Shown here piece after piece: positions 17,268-25,629 of a stretch of DNA of 64,000 bases; positions within the stretch are counted from its first letter, which is position 1, and every line of letters starts with the position of its first letter. The notes below the pieces were generated by a model. That model was not told where the DNA came from. It did not search any database and saw nothing but the letters and a program-made list of their open reading frames with translations. A program made the position numbers and the translations under genes. Location: the IMG/VR virus record IMGVR_UViG_3300030339_000006, one strand, 5' to 3'. The DNA comes from a virus.

Positions 17268-20200
17268 TCAACCCGTAATTCGAATCGGAGTGTCACTTTG
17301 TACGTGACCTGCTTCGAGAGCCGCCAGTGCTTCAGCTTCTGTCTTGAATTCCACGACTTTCTTATCCATGTTCGGCTTAGTCAGGTGAACTGAACCGAGG
17401 ATCGCTTCGTGGCCCGGTGCGAACATCGGGTTGCCGTAACCTTTACGAGCGTCGTGCAGGTTGCTCGAAGGCATCAACTTCTCCTTCGCTTCCCGTACGG
17501 CTTCCGGAGTCATCGGCACGAACATCGACATGGCGTCACCGTCGTAGTCGGCTGCGAACGCCGGTAGGTGGAGGATGTTCACCCCGATCGTCTTACCGTC
17601 CGTCGGCACTGCCTTCATCGCCATGATGTTGGTACGCATCAGGGTCGGTGCACGGTTCAGCATGACCGGAACGGTATCCACGATGTGGTTAAAGCTCGCC
17701 GTCGCTGCGTCGTTACGTCCTTCGTAGGCGTTCTTCGCTTCCGCCAGGTCATACCCTTTCTGGCTCAGGTCACGAATGATGTGCATCTTGTACATCGTCC
17801 AGAGCTGATCAGCGGGGATACGGGCCTCGTTGAAACCAATATCTGGCGCCGCGTAGATCGTACCACGACCGGAGAAGTCCTGTTTCTTCTTCAGGATCTT
17901 ATCCTGGAAGTAACCCGTCTTCGGTCCACCGGTACCTTCCAGCTGACGCATCAGGCCTTTGGTCCCCTTCTGCTTCGCTTGGAAGTCAATCGGGTCACCG
18001 CCGTCCATGATTGCTTTCGCCCCGTTGTACAGGTCACGACGCAGATCGACCATCCCTTCCATGTCTGGAGAGATCATGTCCATCCCGATTTCGTCATCCA
18101 GACGCTTCAAGCGGCCATTTACCAGCATGTGGTGTTTGTACAGCTCGTTGACGTCAGCGTAGCCCAGACGGTTACCCGAAATGGTATACGGACGCATGAC
18201 CGGAGGAATTACCGGCATGTGGTGCAGCACGAGTGCCTTCGATGGATCCGTAAAGCCCTGCTTGGCCAGACCGGCCAGGTACTTCATCTTCTTCACGATG
18301 GTGTCACGCTTGGTGGCAGACTTCTCGTCCATCACTTTGCCACGCAGGTGGGCCAGCTCGTCGTCGACGTGAATGTCTTTCAACATCGCTTCGATCGCGT
18401 GTCCGCCGACCAGTGCTTCCCCACCCTCTTCTGCCGCTGCTTTCTCCAGCGTGTTGGAAACGGTCAGCTGTTTCACCAGAGCATCGTCCTTGTGGGTATC
18501 GACCAGGTCGAACAGGCCTTTACCGCGACGAATCACCCCATACTTCCCGGAGATCAGGTTCGTCATGTGCTCTTTGCTCAGACCCAGCAGGGCACGAGCA
18601 GGATCTTCCATGACCGGGTTAACGATCGGTTCCATCAGCTTGTAGTGAGACCAGTTGTTACCTTCTGGACCACCGGTCACGTCCATATCGAACAGGCCGC
18701 CCTTCACTGGAGAGACGTTACGAGCCAAGATCATGTCCGGCTTGTGAATCTCACCGCTCGAGTTACCTAGCACTTCACGGTCGGTCATTGGGCCGGCCAC
18801 GAGGTTACCGTTACGCTCAGAGACGTTGATGCCTGAACCACGCAGGTAATCGAAGAACTTACGCGTGGCGAAAGTCGTCTTCGGCTGCGGCAGTGGCAGG
18901 CCACGCATGAACTTGTCCCAGTAATCGTGGGTGTCAGAGTGATCACCACCTTCAGACTTCACGGTACCGATCTCTTTCAAGTTAGCACGAGCGTTGGAAC
19001 CCAACAGGCCCAGGAACTCCATGTAACCCACGGCCTTAGCACCATCGTCACCACCCTTAGTAGGCTGGGCGTTGTTGTCGTAGCCACCAACTGAACGGGC
19101 CGAGTAGTTCGCATCGGTCGTCTTGTTCAGCTTCAGGAAGTACTGTGGCCCCGTCAGGACATTCGTACCGTACACGTGACCGGTTTTCGGATCGATAACG
19201 GTGTCGGTGTCAGACAGGCCGTGCTCTTTTAGCTTAGCCATCAAGTTCTTGACGGTGTTGCCTTCTTCGTAGACTTTGGTCTTGTACGGCTGCCCGGTCT
19301 TCTGAGCAATCTTACCGGCCGCAGCTTCGAAGATCTGACCCAGGTTGATACGGGACGTTACTGACGCTGGGTTCAGAATCAGGTCGAACGGCTTACCGGT
19401 AGTACCGCTGGTAGGCATTTCGTCGTCTTCGAGAACCGCTGAGACCACGCCTTTGTTCCCGTGGAAGCCAGTGACTTTATCGCCGATCTCCAGGTTACGT
19501 TCACAGCGAACCATGATGCGAATCTTCTTCCCGTCAACGCTGGTGTCGGTCACGGTACCTTTTTCTTTGTGGTCCCAGACTTCTGCAGCAGAACGGTACG
19601 GGTTCACCAGCGTCTTATGCAGACGGCCGAGCACCATGTCCGTTTCGGTCAGTTGACGCTGCTCGAGAACGGCGAAGACCGGGTCACCGTATTCCAGCAC
19701 GGCACCCTGCTTAGCGAAGCCACGGGAGTCCAGCTTGGAGAGCTGCTCTGCAGTGAACTTGCCGGCGAAGGCTGCTTTGTACTTGTTGACGTCCGCGATG
19801 GTGTCTTTACCCATCTCGTATTCCACTTTGTACGCGTGGTTGGACTGCAGCTTCTCCGTCGCAGAGCGAGACACGACGATACCATCTTCGTGGTTGAACC
19901 CTTTGAATGGCATGTACGCCGTTTCCAGGTTCTTACCGATCGCCAACTGGCCGTCTTTGGTGTAGTTGTTGTCCGTCAGTACCTGACCGGCTTCAACCTG
20001 AGCACCGACCGGGTGCAGGTTAGGTTCGTCATCGTGGAAGCCTTTCATGTTGAACGGCAGGTTCTGCACGAAGTCGACGGTGTGTTCTTTCCCGTCGTGA
20101 GCCTTGATCACCATCTGAGACGGTGTGGACTTCACTACGGTACCCGTCACCGGCGCCACGGTAGACACGATCTTACCGATCGCAGAAACGAAGGTCTCGC

Positions 20201-21848
20201 CGTTATCCGCAACGGTCTGCACCAGCGGAGTCTCACGGTTCGTCAGGGACAACGCCTGTGGGATCGCCTTGCCTGCCATGGTCAGACGGCCCGGGTGGTT
20301 GGTGTTCAGGAACGGCACGAGGTTAGTCGTGATCGTGTACATGTCCGTACCGGATGGAATCCAGTATTGAACCTGGCCGCGAGGCACGTTCTTGAACTCG
20401 CCGTGAACCTGAGCCTGGACGATTGGCTTACCGTTGTCCTTCTCACCCGGGAACCCGATGGTGTGCGTCATGATTTCGTTGGCAGACAGATAAACCTTCT
20501 TGCCTTGATTATCGACGGCACGAGCGTACATCCCACCTTCTTTGTCACGGTGAGCCGTGATGGTGAAACGCTGGTCCAGACCGGCAGTTGACGATTCTGG
20601 TGTACGGGACGGGTCAATGATACCGAGCTGAGAGGGGTGCACGTTACGGCTCTCCGTCGTGGCCTGGCGCTCAGAGGACATCCCGCCGTCACCGGCAGCA
20701 ATTAGGGTCACCTTACCGACGTTCTCGATAGACTCGACAGGGTTGGTCTCATCCGGCGTAGAGCTCAGCTGAGAACCGATGATGAAGTCCGAGTAAATCT
20801 TGTTGAACGGCTTGGCCGGGATCACTTCACGCAGGCTCGGGGCCGCGTCATTGATTCGGCTCAGGTTGTACTTGATGCGGTCAAAGGACTTCCCAACGGT
20901 CTGGTGCAGCTTGTTCGCTTCGAAACGACGACCGATGAAGTCCGGCAGGTTCTGAACACGCTTGAACTGCAGGGAGTCACGGTTATCTTCCGGACGCTTC
21001 TTCGAGTACACTTCGACGATGTTCTTCATCGCACGCAGCAGTGTCTCTGGCTCGATCCCACCGAAGGACTTCCCAAGGGTTGTCGCGGTAGTCTCTTTGT
21101 CCAGAGTCATTTCGGCCAGACGGCTCTTCAGCGCCACGCCCATTTCCTCAGTGGAAACACTGCGGGACTGTTCTTTGCGGTCAACCAAACGCTTGTACAG
21201 CTGGCCGAGGATCAGGTCTTCCTTACCCTTGGTGATCTTGCGGTTAGCCATCCACACGTCAGACGGAACGAAACGCATCACGTCGGCGTCGGACAGGCCA
21301 AAGCCCTTGGTCATCAACGGAGCGATCGGAATGTGCAAGTTCTTGCCGTTGATCTTGGAGAAGTAAATCTCCATGGTCTTCGAATCCAGGCCGAGAGAGA
21401 ACGTCGCACCCTTACCGGTGTTGATGTTCGTTTCCAGCTCGCCGTTGTTGGTCTTACGGGTGTAAACCCCGGGACGCAGCTGCATTAAGTTGGCGACGGA
21501 ATAGTTGTTCCCTTTGTACAGTAGGGTATGCTTGTTGGTGACGTGGAAGGTGTCAGCCAGGGCGAAGTTCTGCACGCGGTCAACCAGTTTCCCGGTCGCA
21601 CGGTCGTGCAGCATCAACGTACCGCGGATTGGGTACGTCAGAGAACGCGACTTCAAGATCGCGTCCTTCTCATCTGCCGTGGTGTAGTTCTTCTTGTCGA
21701 CATGCATGTCCTCTACCGACAGGGTGTACTTACCCGTCTCGATAGGGAACTGTTGCTTGATACCCTGGAGCATCGCGTCATCAGTGGCCGCGTTGATTGC
21801 GACCGGTGACGAGAAGATAGGCATCAATTCACTTGCTGTCTTAGGCAT
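17268..21848 (-). CDS. rpoB: DNA-directed RNA polymerase, beta fused to beta' N-terminal half
   Basis: beta motifs FPI, LRPGVY, VHPSQLGIIDPSRTPE, GFNHEDGI, IGDKVTGFHGNKGVVS, ILNPASVTSRINLGQI, YMEFL..TVKSE; then beta' motifs GEIHKP..GGLFD, PVIPPVMRP, KKQDFSGRG, LNRAPTL and catalytic AADYDGD (17535-17555). Confidence 0.95.
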   Translation of the reverse strand: MPKTASELMPIFSSPVAINAATDDAMLQGIKQQFPIETGKYTLSVEDMHVDKKNYTTADEKDAILKSRSLTYPIRGTLMLHDRATGKLVDRVQNFALADTFHVTNKHTLLYKGNNYSVANLMQLRPGVYTRKTNNGELETNINTGKGATFSLGLDSKTMEIYFSKINGKNLHIPIAPLMTKGFGLSDADVMRFVPSDVWMANRKITKGKEDLILGQLYKRLVDRKEQSRSVSTEEMGVALKSRLAEMTLDKETTATTLGKSFGGIEPETLLRAMKNIVEVYSKKRPEDNRDSLQFKRVQNLPDFIGRRFEANKLHQTVGKSFDRIKYNLSRINDAAPSLREVIPAKPFNKIYSDFIIGSQLSSTPDETNPVESIENVGKVTLIAAGDGGMSSERQATTESRNVHPSQLGIIDPSRTPESSTAGLDQRFTITAHRDKEGGMYARAVDNQGKKVYLSANEIMTHTIGFPGEKDNGKPIVQAQVHGEFKNVPRGQVQYWIPSGTDMYTITTNLVPFLNTNHPGRLTMAGKAIPQALSLTNRETPLVQTVADNGETFVSAIGKIVSTVAPVTGTVVKSTPSQMVIKAHDGKEHTVDFVQNLPFNMKGFHDDEPNLHPVGAQVEAGQVLTDNNYTKDGQLAIGKNLETAYMPFKGFNHEDGIVVSRSATEKLQSNHAYKVEYEMGKDTIADVNKYKAAFAGKFTAEQLSKLDSRGFAKQGAVLEYGDPVFAVLEQRQLTETDMVLGRLHKTLVNPYRSAAEVWDHKEKGTVTDTSVDGKKIRIMVRCERNLEIGDKVTGFHGNKGVVSAVLEDDEMPTSGTTGKPFDLILNPASVTSRINLGQIFEAAAGKIAQKTGQPYKTKVYEEGNTVKNLMAKLKEHGLSDTDTVIDPKTGHVYGTNVLTGPQYFLKLNKTTDANYSARSVGGYDNNAQPTKGGDDGAKAVGYMEFLGLLGSNARANLKEIGTVKSEGGDHSDTHDYWDKFMRGLPLPQPKTTFATRKFFDYLRGSGINVSERNGNLVAGPMTDREVLGNSSGEIHKPDMILARNVSPVKGGLFDMDVTGGPEGNNWSHYKLMEPIVNPVMEDPARALLGLSKEHMTNLISGKYGVIRRGKGLFDLVDTHKDDALVKQLTVSNTLEKAAAEEGGEALVGGHAIEAMLKDIHVDDELAHLRGKVMDEKSATKRDTIVKKMKYLAGLAKQGFTDPSKALVLHHMPVIPPVMRPYTISGNRLGYADVNELYKHHMLVNGRLKRLDDEIGMDMISPDMEGMVDLRRDLYNGAKAIMDGGDPIDFQAKQKGTKGLMRQLEGTGGPKTGYFQDKILKKKQDFSGRGTIYAAPDIGFNEARIPADQLWTMYKMHIIRDLSQKGYDLAEAKNAYEGRNDAATASFNHIVDTVPVMLNRAPTLMRTNIMAMKAVPTDGKTIGVNILHLPAFAADYDGDAMSMFVPMTPEAVREAKEKLMPSSNLHDARKGYGNPMFAPGHEAILGSVHLTKPNMDKKVVEFKTEAEALAALEAGHVQSDTPIRITG

Positions 21849-22116
21849 TGCGTTTCTCCATGTAGATTACAACGGCAGTATAGATCCCGGTGGCAGACGA
21901 GATGGAGTCTTTACGCTCCACCACAATGACACTGCCCTGCAGGCTTCGAGTCAGGAGAGACTCCATCTGCAGCGTGTCATCGTCTTCACCCCCGATAGTG
22001 AAGTACCCGATACGGTACTGCCACTCGTCCATGTTAATCCCTAACTGATCAACGGCCGGGGTAACCCCGGGCATTGCGTTCCCTTCATTACTTGGTTCCA
22101 GCGGATTCTTGGCCAT
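21841..22116 (-). CDS. Small protein between portal and RNAP
   Basis: 91 aa; AAGGAG RBS; overlaps both neighbours. Confidence 0.6.
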   Translation of the reverse strand: MAKNPLEPSNEGNAMPGVTPAVDQLGINMDEWQYRIGYFTIGGEDDDTLQMESLLTRSLQGSVIVVERKDSISSATGIYTAVVIYMEKRNA

Positions 22117-23800
22117 CTTGTTCTCCTTGTTGTGCCGGTGGCAGGTTTTCGATGATGTTCATAACGCTCTGATACATCGTCTGGTCTTTCGCCTGTAGAG
22201 CCAACAGAGCTTGCTGCTGAGCTTCTGGAGGAGTCTGCAGAATCTTCGCAGCTTCGTCATAGGCTTCTTTACGGTTGTCAGCGAATCCTGAGCTGTCTTT
22301 ATCAGACGCCAGGCCTTTGGATTTCGCGAAGATTGCTTTCTCGACGAGGTCTTTCGTTTCGACCTGGCTTTCAGCAGAGGAGACGGTATCGTTCATCATC
22401 TTCTCGAGTTCTTCATCATAATCCATTCCGAACGCTTCTAACAGGGTAGATGCAGACAAAATGTTAGATTTCCACATGTCCATCATGGACGCTTTCAGTG
22501 CTTCGTTATCCGTAAGTTTAAACGGCACGAGCTTCACTTCGGCAATCTCCAGAGACAGATATGACGCGATCTTCTCCATGATCCATTCGATCATATCCTT
22601 GAGCTGGCCCACGTAGTTGTTCATCGTGTTTTCCAGCAGACGCAGACCGATGGTTGAAGACGTCCAGTTAGTCGTACCAGACAGCAGTTCACGGGATACC
22701 CCCATGGACATCAGCTGTTGCTCTTCAGCGTACTGCAACTCTTGGGAGACCAACAGGGAACGTCCCTGGCCACCGATTTGCTGCGAACCGATCGGGATCG
22801 GAGAGATCAGCACGTGGTTCGGGTCCGACTTCATCTGACGGATTGTCCCCTTCATGTGCTTCGCGAAACCACGCAGTGACATCTGGGCCACCGGGTCGGC
22901 GTTCGCTGAGTTCTGCTGCGGGAAGATAACACGCAACGGAACCATGTGTTCTGCCGCCACTGCTTCGTTAGCCTTGCGGAGCATTGCCTGGTAGAACACC
23001 AGACCGTAGTGAGAGATCAACGGTGGGATGCCCAGCCCATCAATCATGTTACCCATCGAAATGGACTTCATGTGGTAGATGTTGGTGTCATCGAACAGGT
23101 AATCTTTACCAAAGCGTACGGCTTCAACCATAGACCACGGCACGGTAGACAGGAACAGTGGGTCGCCCATCATGATCTTCTTCTTCACGTCGCCAGGAAT
23201 CTGATAGTAGAACTCGGATTCTCCGGTCACCGGGTTGTGGTTCAGAGAGACGTTCTCTGGTTTCCACTTGATCAGGTTGATGCGAGACACGTCACGGGAC
23301 TTAGTGTCGACCAATTTGTAGTTCACGATGTTGTGACAGTTCGGGCATTCCCCGACGAATTGCCATTTCTTGAACGCTGCGAAGCCAGAACGCATGGCAG
23401 TCTTCACTTCGTAGGACGAGCGGCAGTTCGGGCAGTGCACGTGGCGGTCAATCGGGAAGTAGATCGACGTGTAAACGTTACCGAGCGTGTAGTAATCGAA
23501 ACCGGCGTCACAGAGCTTCTCTTTGAACTTGATGCTCTTGAAGATCTGCTTGTACGTCTCGATGGTTTTCTCGTTCTTGGAGTCCGTCAGGAACTCAGTG
23601 ATCGGGTAAGAGGAAAGCTTACGGATCACTTCGGTGGTAGTCGGCGCCTGGGTAGTGATGTAGCGGGACCACTTGATAATGTCATGAAAGCTACGCGGGA
23701 TGAACTGGTTCGCTTGCGTAAAGAAAGGACTCGGCAGTTGGCCGACCTCGTAGCTGTCATACATTCCACTCGGGGTGGGGTTAAGTCCGAACATTGACAT
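22088..23800 (-). CDS. Portal protein (probable) with CxxC..CxxC insertion
   Basis: 570 aa; DYYTLGNVY, IYHMK..GLGIPPL, MGVSRELL, ILSASTLLE..G.D.DEE portal-like patterns; two CPNC. Confidence 0.65.
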   Translation of the reverse strand: MSMFGLNPTPSGMYDSYEVGQLPSPFFTQANQFIPRSFHDIIKWSRYITTQAPTTTEVIRKLSSYPITEFLTDSKNEKTIETYKQIFKSIKFKEKLCDAGFDYYTLGNVYTSIYFPIDRHVHCPNCRSSYEVKTAMRSGFAAFKKWQFVGECPNCHNIVNYKLVDTKSRDVSRINLIKWKPENVSLNHNPVTGESEFYYQIPGDVKKKIMMGDPLFLSTVPWSMVEAVRFGKDYLFDDTNIYHMKSISMGNMIDGLGIPPLISHYGLVFYQAMLRKANEAVAAEHMVPLRVIFPQQNSANADPVAQMSLRGFAKHMKGTIRQMKSDPNHVLISPIPIGSQQIGGQGRSLLVSQELQYAEEQQLMSMGVSRELLSGTTNWTSSTIGLRLLENTMNNYVGQLKDMIEWIMEKIASYLSLEIAEVKLVPFKLTDNEALKASMMDMWKSNILSASTLLEAFGMDYDEELEKMMNDTVSSAESQVETKDLVEKAIFAKSKGLASDKDSSGFADNRKEAYDEAAKILQTPPEAQQQALLALQAKDQTMYQSVMNIIENLPPAQQGEQDGQESAGTK

Positions 23801-23859
23801 GATTAGTCCTCGTTAGTTGTTCTAAGATTTTAGACGATCCAATTCTCAGGAACCGGCCT

Positions 23860-23880
23860 GGTATAAGTATTGTGTAAACC
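23860..23880 (+). promoter_or_regulatory. Phage promoter GGTATAAG-N4-GTGTAAA
   Basis: GGTATAAGTATTGTGTAAACC before AGGAG RBS of 23897. Confidence 0.7.
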
Positions 23881-23896
23881 ACATAGGAGATAGTTT

Positions 23897-24124
23897 ATGT
23901 CATTACTGAAGAAATTGGAACCGTCGACTTCTAGTCAATTAACGACAATGGCCTTAGTTGGTACGGCTATTGTACTCGGTGCGGTGGCAATACGCCATAG
24001 CATTGAGATCAAAGAGTTAAAGAAGTGGACTGATCTTCAGACCAAATTGAACAACAGCCTGGTCCCCGTAGTTCTGGCTCAGGGTGGTCAAATCCGTAAC
24101 CTGCATGCGAAGGAAACTCTGTGA
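23897..24124 (+). CDS. Small single-TM membrane protein
   Basis: MALVGTAIVLGAVAI; AGGAG RBS. Confidence 0.65.
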   Translation: MSLLKKLEPSTSSQLTTMALVGTAIVLGAVAIRHSIEIKELKKWTDLQTKLNNSLVPVVLAQGGQIRNLHAKETL

Positions 24125-24468
24125 ATATCATTATCGAAGTAAACGGTCTGAACCAGTGCGATTTCGTACAGAACGGCTACTGGGTGCGTAACCCGTCAGT
24201 TGAACTCTGTGGTGTAAATGATAGCGATGACTGTAAAGTCAACGTTATCCAGTGGTTGAAAGACCTGGAGCCGGTACCGTTCGAGAACATTTCGGACTTC
24301 GAAGGTCAGGTGCCATTGGTCGTCGATCAGATCGACTTGTTTATTAAAGAGTTGGAAGGCATGGATGTAATCACCCAGACCTTCTCCACTGACACGATCT
24401 TCATCAGTGTCCGGGCTATTGCGAAGTACAGCAGCGATTACGTCTTCGACCCTGCGGATTTTCAATAA
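24121..24468 (+). CDS. Hypothetical acidic protein
   Basis: GTGA overlap; GAAGGA RBS. Confidence 0.6.
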   Translation: MNIIIEVNGLNQCDFVQNGYWVRNPSVELCGVNDSDDCKVNVIQWLKDLEPVPFENISDFEGQVPLVVDQIDLFIKELEGMDVITQTFSTDTIFISVRAIAKYSSDYVFDPADFQ

Positions 24469-24482
24469 CAGAAAACCGTAAT

Positions 24483-24503
24483 GGTATAAGAAGGTTGTAG
24501 AAA
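24483..24503 (+). promoter_or_regulatory. Phage promoter GGTATAAG-N4-TTGTAGA
   Basis: GGTATAAGAAGGTTGTAGAAA upstream of 24541. Confidence 0.7.
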
Positions 24504-24540
24504 GAGATTAGATTAACCATAACCCCATAAGGAAAGTAAC

Positions 24541-24969
24541 ATGACTACCCAGAAAACCAATACTGCTAAGAACACTGCTAAACCTACTCTGTCTGTTGAA
24601 GAGCGTCTGGAAATGATCGAGAGCGGTCAAGAGCGTACTGCTCAGATCGTTGGTGAATTAGATCAACGTCTGAGCAGCATTCAGGCTGACGTTGCGACTG
24701 AAGCAGTAATCGATGCGTTGGCTCCGGCAGCGAAGAAAAACCTGCTGGCTGGCCTGAAACAAACCAGTACTACCCGTAAAGTTGTTATCGCTACTGTTGC
24801 TACTGCAGCGGTTGCTGGTGTTGGCTATGCAGGTTACCGCGGTCTGGAAATGTACAAAGATCGTAAAGCTGCTGGTGCAATGGCAGAAGTACTGAGCGTT
24901 GCTCACGTGGACTCACCGTCTACCGTCAGCAAACAAGATGCGATCCGTCAGGGTCTGGGCGTTAAGTAA
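24541..24969 (+). CDS. Coiled-coil + single-TM protein, probably highly expressed
   Basis: VVIATVATAAVAGVGYAGY; strong CTG/ACT/GCT/CGT codon bias; TAAGGA RBS. Confidence 0.7.
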   Translation: MTTQKTNTAKNTAKPTLSVEERLEMIESGQERTAQIVGELDQRLSSIQADVATEAVIDALAPAAKKNLLAGLKQTSTTRKVVIATVATAAVAGVGYAGYRGLEMYKDRKAAGAMAEVLSVAHVDSPSTVSKQDAIRQGLGVK

Positions 24970-25032
24970 TCGGTTGAGGGGTCACTAGCTAAGGCCCCTT
25001 TCCCTCTCCACTAAGAATAACAGGAAATACTC

Positions 25033-25251
25033 ATGAGCAAATTACTCGATCAGTTGAAAGAAAGTTCCCCGAATGTAAAATTGGGTGTGGCAGTTGCAAC
25101 AGGCGTGGCAGTGGGCATCGCAGGTACTATCGCGATTCAAGCTTACGGTCAACGCAAAGAGCGTCTGGCTACTCAACGCACGCTGAGCCTGCAGGATAAC
25201 AACAACATCGTTCCCCTGCGTATGTTTCGCACAGTGAACGCTCAGCAGTAA
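25033..25251 (+). CDS. Small single-TM membrane protein
   Basis: LGVAVATGVAVGIAGTIAI; CAGGA RBS. Confidence 0.65.
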   Translation: MSKLLDQLKESSPNVKLGVAVATGVAVGIAGTIAIQAYGQRKERLATQRTLSLQDNNNIVPLRMFRTVNAQQ

Positions 25252-25347
25252 CAAATTTGCCCCGGTCGGTGCCAACACCAGGCCATCACACGAACCGGTC
25301 GGGGCAAACCACTAAAGACTTCGGTCTTTTTTACATTAGGGTTAACT

Positions 25348-25629
25348 ATGGACTCCAAAAAGATTCTCAACGACGCACGCGATCCTAACTCGAAGGACAA
25401 TACCTTCCGTCAGCTCTGGGCTCAGTACCAGAAGACGAGTTTTCACGTGGAGCAGAAGCGACTCATGGGGATGCCCTTGAAGACGTTGGAAGCGAACATG
25501 ACGAGTATCCGTGACATGATCACTAAGATGCGTTACGGGCCGGAGACGGAGAAAGAAGAAACCGCCGAGGAGTGCTTGAAGCTGGTCGAGCAATCCCAGG
25601 CGGTTATGGAGCAACTACTTAAGCTGTAG
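25348..25629 (+). CDS. Hypothetical helical protein
   Basis: 93 aa ORF filling the gap before a convergent gene. Confidence 0.55.
   Translation: MDSKKILNDARDPNSKDNTFRQLWAQYQKTSFHVEQKRLMGMPLKTLEANMTSIRDMITKMRYGPETEKEETAEECLKLVEQSQAVMEQLLKL

Noticed and set aside
17568-23797. Long antisense ORFs (e.g. 17568-18770, 19461-20591, 22946-23797; also 11236-12261, 40574-41362)
   Set aside because: Shadow frames of strongly codon-biased genes on the other strand; no RBS or recognisable motifs
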